From NCBI GenBank assembly GCA_020632555.1, contig JACKFI010000003.1, forward strand, positions 4,351 to 68,350: 64,000 bases of DNA, in the 5' to 3' direction. Each line of letters opens with the position of its first letter. Position 1 is the stretch's first letter. This DNA comes from Candidatus Omnitrophota bacterium. GTDB lineage: Bacteria; Omnitrophota; Gorgyraeia; Zapsychrales; JANLHA01. Both the position numbers and the translations under genes were made by a program. The notes under the pieces are model-generated. The model was not told the origin of the DNA. It saw only the letters and a list, made by a program, of their open reading frames with translations, and did no database searches. This document shows positions 8,732 through 17,451 of the stretch, piece by piece.

Positions 8732-11700
8732 ATGATCAAGGGTTCTCATCCATTTCTAGTGCTCCCGGAGGTTCGGGTTGTGGAAGCTTCGGCAGGTTCG
8801 GGAAAAACGTATTGTTTAGCGCGGCGTTATGTTCAATTGTTGCTCAATCCGCGTTTGACTGCAGACCAAATTCTTTTGCGCAATATCCTTGCTATTACCT
8901 TCACCAATAAAGCGGCCTATGCCATGAAGGGCCGTATTTTAGAATTCTTAAAGAAAATCGCTTTGGGCATGATGACGTCTCGTGAAGTTGACGAAATTCT
9001 GACACCCATTGATTTGTCCTTGAATGAAGCTGGCCCGGCAGCAGTCAGGATTATGGATGAGTTGATTCATCGGTATCATTTTTTTCAAGTCCAAACCATT
9101 GACAGTTTTATTAACACACTGTTGTCGGGGTGTGCTTTTAAAATTGGCCTGTCTGCGGCTTTCAAGATCAAACGCAATTACAATGAATATTTAGCGCATA
9201 GTTTTGATCGTTTGATTGATCAAGCGCCTGGCCATCAACCGTTGGCTGATGTTTTGGATCGGTTTTTGTATCAATATCTTTTTCTCGAGAATAAATCCGG
9301 GTGGTTTCCCAAAAAAGACATGCTGGCTTTGTTGAGTGCTTTGTATAATCAAAGCAATATCTATGGCCGCGATTTTGCGCCATTGCGTTTGCAAGGTGAT
9401 GAATTGTTTGTGCGCAAAAGAAAAATCTTAGAATTGCTCAGAGAGTTGCAAACGTCTTTGCCGGATGGGACACACAAAAGGTTTATAGATAGTTTGAAAA
9501 ATTTTCTTAAGGACTATCAGGATGGATTTGATTTTGATCGGGTTTCAGAATATTTCAGTTGGGAGAATGTTCCTGTCACCAAAGGTGTGAATGTTCCTGT
9601 TGCTTTGGATCGGTTGTGGGCAAAGATTCAGAGCCAATTGTGCCAATTAGCCCAGGCGGAAGCGTATTGCTTGTTTGATCCTTATGTCGAAGTGTTTGCT
9701 TATATTAATCGGGATTTTCATCGCCAGGCAGCTGAAGATGATGTGTTGTTTTTGCCGGAACTTAATCGACGAGCGCGCGCGCTTTTTGATGAAGGCATGG
9801 TCAGCGTTGAAGAATTGTATTATCGTTTGGCGACTCGTTTTACTCATTATTTGCTGGATGAATTTCAAGACACCAGTCGTTTGCAATGGCAGAATCTGGA
9901 ATTGATGATTGAAGAAGCTTTATCCACAGGGGGAACGTTTTTTTACGTTGGAGATAAAAAACAAGCGATTTACGGATTTCGTGGCGGGGAGGTCAAACTT
10001 TTTGATGAAGTGAAAGATCGTTTTCGCGCCTTTAATGTACGAACGGAAGCTTTGACAACAAATTACCGCAGTGAAAAAGCGATTGTTGATTTTAATAATC
10101 AGGTTTTTTCGTCAGAGAATTTGCAGCGTTTTATTGGAGAATTGCGACAAGACAAAACTCAGACCGTTGATTTGAGCTTAAATGATATTGAGCAGATCGA
10201 GAAGATCTTTCATGCTTCGACGCAGAAAACGGGCCCGGGTCATCAGGGGGGATATGTGCGCATTGAATATATCCAGCCAGTCGGTAAGCAACAGGTACAG
10301 AATGAAACACGGCTGCGGCTTCTGGCTTTGATCAAACAGCTAAAAGAACGTTTTGCGTATAGCCAAATCGCGATTTTGACGCGCAGCAATACTGAGATCG
10401 AAGAGGTGACCAGTTGGTTGATGGCCGAGGGGATTTTTGTTGAGTCGGAACGGACCTTAAACATTAAAGAGAATCCTTTGATTATGGAATTGATTGCTTT
10501 ATTGCGATTCTTAGATTCTCCGATTGACAATTTGAGTTTTGCTGGCTTTTTGAGTGGTGATCTTTTTCATAGGATTTCTGGATTAACTAAAGAAGAGATG
10601 CATGCTTTTTTATTTGCTCAGCGTCCGCGCATTGACGACAAAAAAGATTTTTATCTTTATCGGGCTTTTCGGGATCGTTATGAAATGCTTTGGAATCATT
10701 TGTTTGCTGACTTCTTTAAGAATGTGGGTTTGTATCCGTTGTATGAATTAAGTGCCAGTGTTCTGCGCCGTTTCCAGGTTTATGACAATTTTCCTGATGA
10801 GCAAGGATTCTTTCTTCGATTCTTAGAGTTGGTTAAAGAAAAAGAAGAAGAGTTTAGCGACTTAAATTCTTTTTTGGAGCATTTTGAGTCTTTTGAGAAT
10901 GATGAGCTTTTTGTCAATGTGGTTAATAGTGACGCGATTAAGATTTTAACCACGCATAAAGCCAAAGGATTGGAGTTTCCCGTCGTTATTATTCCGTTCT
11001 TAGGCATGAAGGTACATGCGGCCAGCGGCGGCGGTTTGGGCCAACAGAGCTACATTGTGGATCCCAGTGAAGAAAGCCTGAAGCTATTGCGGATTAAGAA
11101 GAAATATTTGAGTTTTTCTGAAAAGCTTGTCGAAATTGAACGTATTCAAAAAGTGCAGTCATTTATTTCGGAACTAAATAATATTTATGTGGCTTTAACG
11201 CGAGCCGGTAAAGAATTGTATGCTTTTATTCCAGCAAAAATCGGGTCGAGCCGCAATTTGATCAATGCTTTAATTCCACCAGAGTGGTTAGAAGTTGGCC
11301 GCGCGCAAGGACCGGCTGCGTCTGAAAAGCAACAAAAGAATGAAAGCCGCTTGGGTTTGCCGGTTGCCGGTCAACAGGATTGGATTGGTTTTCTAAAAGA
11401 AGAGTTTGTGGATTCGACAGCTGTTTTTCGTCGGCGAGAGATTCGCCGTGGTGTGGTTTTGCATGATTTGCTTTCTCGGATTGGTGCTATGAAAAAGACT
11501 GATCAAGATCGTCTGATCAATGAGGTTATTCGGGCAACTCAAGCCCAGTATCCGCAGATCAGTGATTGGCAGGAGTTTGTGATGGACTTGAAACGCATTT
11601 TAGATGCTGAGGTTTTGCAAAGTTTTTTTGTGGTGACGGATGGCCAAGTCTTTTTGGAAAAAGATGTGGTCAATGGTTTGGGGCAAACGCGGCGGATTGA

Positions 11701-11884
11701 CCGTTTAATTATCAAGCAAGATGAGCTATGGATTGTGGATTATAAAAGTTCACGGGAAGGCCGAGCAAAGTTTTTGGAACAGGTTAAAGAATACATGATG
11801 ATTATTGGTGACATCGAGCCCGGCAAGACTGTGCGCGGGTTTTTATTGTATTTGGATGAGGCGAGTTTTGAGGAAGTGATTTAA
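8732..11884 (+). CDS. UvrD/REP-type helicase with a C-terminal PD-(D/E)XK nuclease domain (AddA/RexA-like)
   Basis: Walker A 'ASAGSGKTY', motif II 'LLDEFQDTS', 'TTNYRS', 'LTTHKAKGLEFPVV', 'YVALTRA'. C-terminal nuclease motif 'IDRLIIKQDELWIVDYKSS...QVKEY'. Confidence 0.8.
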   Translation: MIKGSHPFLVLPEVRVVEASAGSGKTYCLARRYVQLLLNPRLTADQILLRNILAITFTNKAAYAMKGRILEFLKKIALGMMTSREVDEILTPIDLSLNEAGPAAVRIMDELIHRYHFFQVQTIDSFINTLLSGCAFKIGLSAAFKIKRNYNEYLAHSFDRLIDQAPGHQPLADVLDRFLYQYLFLENKSGWFPKKDMLALLSALYNQSNIYGRDFAPLRLQGDELFVRKRKILELLRELQTSLPDGTHKRFIDSLKNFLKDYQDGFDFDRVSEYFSWENVPVTKGVNVPVALDRLWAKIQSQLCQLAQAEAYCLFDPYVEVFAYINRDFHRQAAEDDVLFLPELNRRARALFDEGMVSVEELYYRLATRFTHYLLDEFQDTSRLQWQNLELMIEEALSTGGTFFYVGDKKQAIYGFRGGEVKLFDEVKDRFRAFNVRTEALTTNYRSEKAIVDFNNQVFSSENLQRFIGELRQDKTQTVDLSLNDIEQIEKIFHASTQKTGPGHQGGYVRIEYIQPVGKQQVQNETRLRLLALIKQLKERFAYSQIAILTRSNTEIEEVTSWLMAEGIFVESERTLNIKENPLIMELIALLRFLDSPIDNLSFAGFLSGDLFHRISGLTKEEMHAFLFAQRPRIDDKKDFYLYRAFRDRYEMLWNHLFADFFKNVGLYPLYELSASVLRRFQVYDNFPDEQGFFLRFLELVKEKEEEFSDLNSFLEHFESFENDELFVNVVNSDAIKILTTHKAKGLEFPVVIIPFLGMKVHAASGGGLGQQSYIVDPSEESLKLLRIKKKYLSFSEKLVEIERIQKVQSFISELNNIYVALTRAGKELYAFIPAKIGSSRNLINALIPPEWLEVGRAQGPAASEKQQKNESRLGLPVAGQQDWIGFLKEEFVDSTAVFRRREIRRGVVLHDLLSRIGAMKKTDQDRLINEVIRATQAQYPQISDWQEFVMDLKRILDAEVLQSFFVVTDGQVFLEKDVVNGLGQTRRIDRLIIKQDELWIVDYKSSREGRAKFLEQVKEYMMIIGDIEPGKTVRGFLLYLDEASFEEVI

Positions 11885-14683
11885 ATGGGAAAAATTGAAA
11901 CACTTAATTTTGGGCAAGACTTTATTGAACACTTGGCGGCGTATGTTCACGAGCATTATGTTTTGCCGGGTAAAGATTTGAGCCGGTTGGCTATTGTCTT
12001 CGGCGGCAAGCGGCCGAGTTTGTTTGTTAAGCGTGCTTTACACCAACAGATAAAGACCAGTTTTTATTCGCCGCGTTTCTTTGCGATGGATGAATTGATC
12101 AAATATATCGTTTATAAACAGGAAGTTTTGCAAGCCAGCGTTGATTTGGATCAATGTTATCTTTTATACCATTTGGCCCAAAAACATGCGCCACAGATTT
12201 TAGCTGGACGAGAAACTTTCGCGCAGTTTTTGCCGTGGACACGGGAAATTTTAAGCTTTATTGATCATGTGGATTTGGAAGATGTTGCGGACGATAAATT
12301 GCGAAATATTCAAGACAATGCGCAAATTGGTTATGCGGTGCCTGCCGACATTAATCGGCTTTTGGAAAGCATCGTTATTCTGCGGGGTGCTTATCACGTG
12401 CAAATGAGAAAAAACAAAAAGTTTTCCCGGGGCTTGATGTATCGCTGCGCGATGAATTGCGCGGCAGAGTGTGATTTATCAGAGTTCGACCAAATCCTTT
12501 TTTGTAATTTCTTTCATTTTAATGAGAGTGAAGCTCAATTAGCCAAGGTTTTACATGATCGCGGTTTGGCGACTTTTTTGTTTCAAGGAGATCAAGAGCG
12601 CTGGCCGACGTTAAAGCGTATTGCCAGTGTTTTAGGTCAGCCGATTCGGGAAAATAAGTTTATTGACGCGATTGATTTTGAGCTCAAATTGTATTCTGCT
12701 TTTGACGGGCAGTCACAAGTTGCGACGGTTCGTGAAATTCTCAAAAGAATTGAGCATTTGGATCGCACAGTTATTGTGCTGCCTGATTCGGATCATATTA
12801 TTCCCTTGCTGTCTGAGATCAATCCTTTGGTTGAGGAATTTAATATTTCTATGGGGTATCCTCTTAAACGCAGTTCACTGTATTCGCTATTGGATTTTAT
12901 TTTTAAAGCGCAATTGTCTCGTGCTGAGCATGGCTATTATACGCGTGATTTTTTGCGGGTTTTGCGGCATCCTTTGATTAAGAATTTGGATTTTGGTTTG
13001 GGCGCGGCGGTATCTCGAATTGTGATTCACAAAATCGAAGAAATGTTGACAGGCATGACGCCGGGAGCTTTGACTGGTCATCTGTTTATTAATTTGGGTG
13101 AGCTGGCAGCTTTGGATGATCTGTATGATCAGGCTTGTCAAACTTTGGGGGGAATGGATATTTCCATTTCGCGAGAACAATTAAAGACGATTCTGTTGAC
13201 GATATGTGAAGCTGTTTTTAGTCAATGGGAGAAAATTCATACTTTTTTTGCGTTTGCCCAATGTTTGGATGATTTATTGCAATTGATGTTGGCCAAAAGT
13301 TTTTTGCGTGCCTATCCGTTGAATTTAAAGATCGCTGAAAAAATGTTCAATCTAAAAGAAACGATTGAGCAAGTGGACTTTAGACAGGAACATTTTTCGC
13401 AGAGTGATATTTTTAAAATTTTCGCGGCGCAAATGGAGCGGGAAATTGTTGCGTTTACCGGTTCGCCCTTGAAAGGTTTACAAATACTTGGTTTGTTCGA
13501 AACGCGCGCCTTGAATTTTGAACAAGTGATTGTTTTAGATGCCAATGAAGGTGTTCTACCGCGCTTAAATGTTTATGAGCCGTTGATTCCCCGAGAAGTG
13601 ATGTTGAGCTTGCAGTTGGATCGATTAGAGCAAGAGGAAGAAATCCAACGTTATCAATTTATGCGTTTGATTTCGTCGGCCAAATGCGTGCACTTGATTT
13701 ATGAAGAAAACCCGAAAAAAGAAAAAAGCCGTTTTGTTGAAGAATTGGTTTGGGAACAACAAAAGAAAAAAGGTGACTTGGACGCTGTGCCGGTGGTGTT
13801 TCCCAGTTTTAGCGCCAAGGTTTCTGTGCGTGATACTAAGATTTATAAAACACCAGCGATGATTGATTTCTTAAAGGAGTATCGTTATTCCGCCTCCAGT
13901 ATTAATGCCTATGTGCGCAGTCCGGTTGAGTTTTATTACAACTATGTTTTAGGTTTGCGGGAAAAGGAAAACCTTGCCGATGAACCGCAAAATCGACAGG
14001 TGGGAACTTTTGTACATGGTTTGCTGGAAGAGACATATCAACAGTTTCTGGGTAAAAGGCCTGTGATTGATGAAAAGTTTAAAATTTATTTCTTAAAAGT
14101 GCTGGATACCCGTTTTGCCGCAATGTTTGGGCAAGGGCATGCGTCAGATGCTTTTCTTTTGAAAAAGGTTTTGGACGCCCGAATGAAGCGATTTCTTGAA
14201 TTTGAAGCGGCAGGCGGTCAGCAGCAAATTCAACAGGTTCTATATATAGAGAAGAAGTTCACTGATCAAATCACATTGTCTTGCGGTAAAATTAATCTGG
14301 TCTATCGGGTTGACCGGGTCGATCAGCTGATGGATGGCACCGTGATGATCATTGATTATAAAACCGGCAGTGTTGATCCTATGCCCAAAGCGATTGAAAG
14401 CATTGAGAATATGGAACTTTCGCGCGAGAATATCCGCGATCAAGTTATTTCTTTTCAAATCCCGCTGTATTTTCAATATTTACATAAAGCTTTTGCTGGG
14501 CAAAGGATCAATGCCGCCTATTATAATTTGCGCACGTTGGAAATGAACACATTCCTTGATCATAAGATGACTTTTGATAATAACCGCATCAATGCCGCAT
14601 TTTTACGTCCGCTGGACTTTATTATCACCGAAATTCTTAATCCTAATATTCCGTTTTCAGATGAAAATAGGCCCAGTTCTTAA
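11885..14683 (+). CDS. AddB-like PD-(D/E)XK nuclease subunit
   Basis: Its start abuts the addA-like stop (taaATG). The 932-aa protein ends in the nuclease motif 'VDRVDQLMDGTVMIIDYKTGS'. No Walker A motif and no C-terminal Cys cluster is visible. Confidence 0.65.
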   Translation: MGKIETLNFGQDFIEHLAAYVHEHYVLPGKDLSRLAIVFGGKRPSLFVKRALHQQIKTSFYSPRFFAMDELIKYIVYKQEVLQASVDLDQCYLLYHLAQKHAPQILAGRETFAQFLPWTREILSFIDHVDLEDVADDKLRNIQDNAQIGYAVPADINRLLESIVILRGAYHVQMRKNKKFSRGLMYRCAMNCAAECDLSEFDQILFCNFFHFNESEAQLAKVLHDRGLATFLFQGDQERWPTLKRIASVLGQPIRENKFIDAIDFELKLYSAFDGQSQVATVREILKRIEHLDRTVIVLPDSDHIIPLLSEINPLVEEFNISMGYPLKRSSLYSLLDFIFKAQLSRAEHGYYTRDFLRVLRHPLIKNLDFGLGAAVSRIVIHKIEEMLTGMTPGALTGHLFINLGELAALDDLYDQACQTLGGMDISISREQLKTILLTICEAVFSQWEKIHTFFAFAQCLDDLLQLMLAKSFLRAYPLNLKIAEKMFNLKETIEQVDFRQEHFSQSDIFKIFAAQMEREIVAFTGSPLKGLQILGLFETRALNFEQVIVLDANEGVLPRLNVYEPLIPREVMLSLQLDRLEQEEEIQRYQFMRLISSAKCVHLIYEENPKKEKSRFVEELVWEQQKKKGDLDAVPVVFPSFSAKVSVRDTKIYKTPAMIDFLKEYRYSASSINAYVRSPVEFYYNYVLGLREKENLADEPQNRQVGTFVHGLLEETYQQFLGKRPVIDEKFKIYFLKVLDTRFAAMFGQGHASDAFLLKKVLDARMKRFLEFEAAGGQQQIQQVLYIEKKFTDQITLSCGKINLVYRVDRVDQLMDGTVMIIDYKTGSVDPMPKAIESIENMELSRENIRDQVISFQIPLYFQYLHKAFAGQRINAAYYNLRTLEMNTFLDHKMTFDNNRINAAFLRPLDFIITEILNPNIPFSDENRPSS

Positions 14684-14720
14684 TTGACGCTATTATGGCT
14701 TTGTGTTAGTTTATTGCGTT

Positions 14721-15416
14721 ATGAAACAGCGTTTAGCCAAGATTTATGACCAGATTGCCCAAGCTTGTCAAAAATGCGGGCGTGACCCCAAAGAAGTTGA
14801 GTTGATTGGTGTTACGAAATATACCGATTTAGCCAAAGTTCAGCAAGCTATTGATGCGGGTTTGACGCATATTGCTGAGAATCGTGTGCAAGATGCGCAG
14901 GGGCGGTTCCCCGCCTTGAAGATGGCTTCCGGACAGGTCACCAAACATTTGATTGGTCATTTGCAAACCAATAAAGTTAAATTTGCTGTCGAGCTTTTTG
15001 ATATGATTCAATCCGTCGATAGTTTAAAAATTGCTCAGGAAATTCAAAAGCACGCGCATAAGCATCAGAAAGTGATGAATGTTTTAATTCAAGTCAATTG
15101 TTCCGACGAAGAACAGAAATCTGGTGTTTCACAAGAGCAGGCTTTGGAATTGATTGATCAAATTGCGGATTTTGAGAATATTCATGTGCAAGGATTGATG
15201 ACCATGGCCGCTTTGACCGATGATGAAACACAAGTGCGGGCGGCTTTCTCTGGATTGCGCAATTTGCGAGATCAGGCGCGAGGTGTTTTAAATAAAAAAG
15301 GGCGCGGCGAAATGAAATGGTTGTCGATGGGCATGAGCGGAGATTTTCCTATTGCTATTGAAGAAGGTGCCAATATGGTTCGCGTCGGACGAGCTTTATT
15401 CGGCAGTGATCATTGA
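14721..15416 (+). CDS. yggS: YggS-family pyridoxal-phosphate homeostasis protein
   Basis: 'LIGVTKY' (PLP lysine), 'HLIGHLQTNK' and 'LSMGMSGDF' blocks. The ATG at 14721 is preferred over the GTG at 14703. Confidence 0.85.
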   Translation: MKQRLAKIYDQIAQACQKCGRDPKEVELIGVTKYTDLAKVQQAIDAGLTHIAENRVQDAQGRFPALKMASGQVTKHLIGHLQTNKVKFAVELFDMIQSVDSLKIAQEIQKHAHKHQKVMNVLIQVNCSDEEQKSGVSQEQALELIDQIADFENIHVQGLMTMAALTDDETQVRAAFSGLRNLRDQARGVLNKKGRGEMKWLSMGMSGDFPIAIEEGANMVRVGRALFGSDH

Positions 15417-15421
15417 GGTTT

Positions 15422-15503
15422 GGTTTGATCAATGGCATCCTTGGGCTCAATTGTTTTGCGCCTTTATGGCGCGATTCGCCTGCAGGACGCCACTGATCAA
15501 ACC
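15422..15503. repeat. Hairpin element copy A (37-nt conserved core 15444-15480 between complementary arms)
   Basis: Arms ggtttgatcaatggcatcc (15422-15440) and ggacgccactgatcaaacc (15485-15503) are complementary at 17 of 19 positions. The core ggctcaattgttttgcgcctttatggcgcgattcgcc is shared with copies B and C. Confidence 0.8.
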
Positions 15504-15524
15504 AAATGAAATAAAGAGGATAAA

Positions 15525-16310
15525 ATGTTAAAACTTGGAATCATCGGCGGGGGAAATATGGGCGCGGCGATTATCAGCCGTACTTTTTCGAAATATCGTA
15601 TTGCGCTTTGCGAAAAAGATAAAGCTCGGTGCGCTGTTTTAAAACGAAAATATCGGATTGCGTTGGCAGATTTGAAAACAGTGGTTACTGCTGCTGATGT
15701 GATTATTTTGGCTGTTAAGCCGCAGGATATTGATAGCGTTTTAGCGGAATTAAAAAAATTATTAACACCCCGGCAGATGGTGATTTCGATTGCCGCAGGA
15801 CTGACCACAGCTTTTCTGGAAAAAGGTTTAGGAAAAACCACTCGCGTGATTCGCACCATGCCCAATATGCCGGCACAAATCGGACAAGGGATCACCGCTT
15901 TATGTCCAGGGCGGCAGGCCAGCGCCAAAGATTTGCAAATAGCTGTTAAGCTTTTCTCCCACATCGGTGAAACGATTATTGTCGACGAAAAGTTGATGGA
16001 TAGCGTCACTGCGGTTTCAGGCAGCGGACCGGCGTATCTTTTTTTATTTATCGAATGTTTTTTGAAAGCGGCTGAGAAAATTGGCCTTAAGCCCGAAGCT
16101 GCCCGACAATTGGTCAATGCGACTTTATTGGGCAGTGTGAATTTGTATTTAAAAAGCAAAGAACCGTCTGGTGTTTTGCGGGCTAAAGTGACTTCTAAGG
16201 GAGGGACGACGCAGGCGGCTTTAGATTATTTTTTAGATAATAATTTTGAGAAAATGTTTGCTGACGCGGTTGGTGCTGCTAAAGCGCGCGCCAGGCAATT
16301 AGCACGATAA
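15525..16310 (+). CDS. proC: Pyrroline-5-carboxylate reductase
   Basis: 'LGIIGGGNMG' Rossmann motif, 'AVSGSGPAYLF', 'VTSKGGTTQAAL'. Confidence 0.9.
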   Translation: MLKLGIIGGGNMGAAIISRTFSKYRIALCEKDKARCAVLKRKYRIALADLKTVVTAADVIILAVKPQDIDSVLAELKKLLTPRQMVISIAAGLTTAFLEKGLGKTTRVIRTMPNMPAQIGQGITALCPGRQASAKDLQIAVKLFSHIGETIIVDEKLMDSVTAVSGSGPAYLFLFIECFLKAAEKIGLKPEAARQLVNATLLGSVNLYLKSKEPSGVLRAKVTSKGGTTQAALDYFLDNNFEKMFADAVGAAKARARQLAR

Positions 16311-16317
16311 TACGAAT

Positions 16318-16460
16318 GTCATTGCGAGAAGTCCCCTAGGGACGACGAAGCAATCTTTACGAGATTGTTTTATTTTTAAAAGCAGGTTCGTCGTGACGAG
16401 GGTTATCGATAGTTTAAGATTGCTTCGGTATTTTGAATACTTCAGTGTTGTTGGGATGAC
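16318..16460. repeat. Pair of inverted copies of the GTCAT...CGAAGCAATCTT palindromic repeat family
   Basis: 16318-16358 is gtcattgcgagaagtcccctagggacgacgaagcaatcttt. 16416-16460 is aagattgcttcgg...gggatgac, which as reverse complement starts gtcatccc and ends cgaagcaatctt. Related copies lie at 55124-55157 and 58684-58730. Confidence 0.7.
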
Positions 16461-16501
16461 GTCGTGTCCCGGGTGAGTTTAGGTTAAGCGGTTTTATATT
16501 T

Positions 16502-16587
16502 TTGCTGCTGCTTGGTAACCTCTTAAGGCGAATAGCGCCATAGAGGCGCCAAACAATTGAGCCGTAGAGGTTGCCAAATAGCAGCAA
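16502..16587. repeat. Hairpin element copy B (core 16527-16563, inverted orientation)
   Basis: Arms ttgctgctgcttggtaacctct (16502-16523) and agaggttgccaaatagcagcaa (16566-16587) are complementary. The reverse complement of the core reads ggctcaattgtttggcgcctctatggcgctattcgcc. Confidence 0.8.
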
Positions 16588-16611
16588 GAACAATTTAATG
16601 GAGAATAAAAT

Positions 16612-17451
16612 ATGGCAAAGATCGGTGTGATCGGCGGCAGCGGCTTGTATAAAATTGAAGGCATCGAAAAGATTGAAGAAATGTCTTTGTTTACGCCATT
16701 TGGTAAACCGTCGGGAAATTTTATTACGGGAACATTAGCCGGGGTGGAGGTGATTTTCTTGCCGCGTCACGGCAAAGATCATGCCATTTCTCCGACCGAA
16801 ATCAATTATCGCGCTAATATCTTTGGGATGAAAAAATTGGGCGCGCAGGCCATTATTTCTGTGTCGGCGTGCGGCAGCCTCAAAGAAGAATTAAAGCCGA
16901 TGGATTTTGTTGTCCCTGATCAATTTGTGGATTTGACCAAACATCGCAAGACGTCATTCTTTGAAGACGGGGTGGTCGGCCATGTGTCGCTAGCAGATCC
17001 TTTCTCGCCGGAGCTTCGAAAGATTATTATTGAGGCGGCGCGTGAACTGAAATTGACGGTGCATGACAAGGGGACTTATGTCAACATGGAAGGACCGCAA
17101 TTTTCCACCAGAGCCGAATCCAACTTGTATCGCAGCTGGGGGATGGATATCATTGGCATGACTACGGCCACTGAGGCGAAACTCGCGCGAGAAGCTGAAC
17201 TTTCTTATGCCACTTTGGCGGCGGTGACTGATTATGATTGTTGGCGTGAAGCAACAGAAGCGGTGACGGTGGAAATGGTCATCGCCAATTTGCAAAAAAA
17301 TGTGGAGAATGCGAAGAGAGTTTTAAAAATTGTTCTGCCGCGGGCGGGAGCTTTGACCGACTTTTCAGCATCTTCGGCTCGTCAACACGCGATTATGACG
17401 GCGCCCAATGCGATTCCTGAAAATAAAAAACGAGAATTGGAATTTTTGTAA
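16612..17451 (+). CDS. mtnP: S-methyl-5'-thioadenosine phosphorylase
   Basis: 'IGVIGGSGLY', 'FLPRHG', 'GMTTATEAKLAREAE' blocks typical of MTAP/PNP-family phosphorylases. Confidence 0.85.
   Translation: MAKIGVIGGSGLYKIEGIEKIEEMSLFTPFGKPSGNFITGTLAGVEVIFLPRHGKDHAISPTEINYRANIFGMKKLGAQAIISVSACGSLKEELKPMDFVVPDQFVDLTKHRKTSFFEDGVVGHVSLADPFSPELRKIIIEAARELKLTVHDKGTYVNMEGPQFSTRAESNLYRSWGMDIIGMTTATEAKLAREAELSYATLAAVTDYDCWREATEAVTVEMVIANLQKNVENAKRVLKIVLPRAGALTDFSASSARQHAIMTAPNAIPENKKRELEFL

Noticed and set aside
15497-16159. 220-aa minus-strand ORF
   Set aside because: It is entirely antisense to the well-supported proC gene. It has no motifs and a shadow-ORF composition.
16311-16611. Possible tRNA or other known small RNA in the 300-bp proC-mtnP spacer
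   Set aside because: No cloverleaf (acceptor stem plus T-loop GTTCRANNC) could be drawn. The sequence is fully accounted for by the two repeat families.
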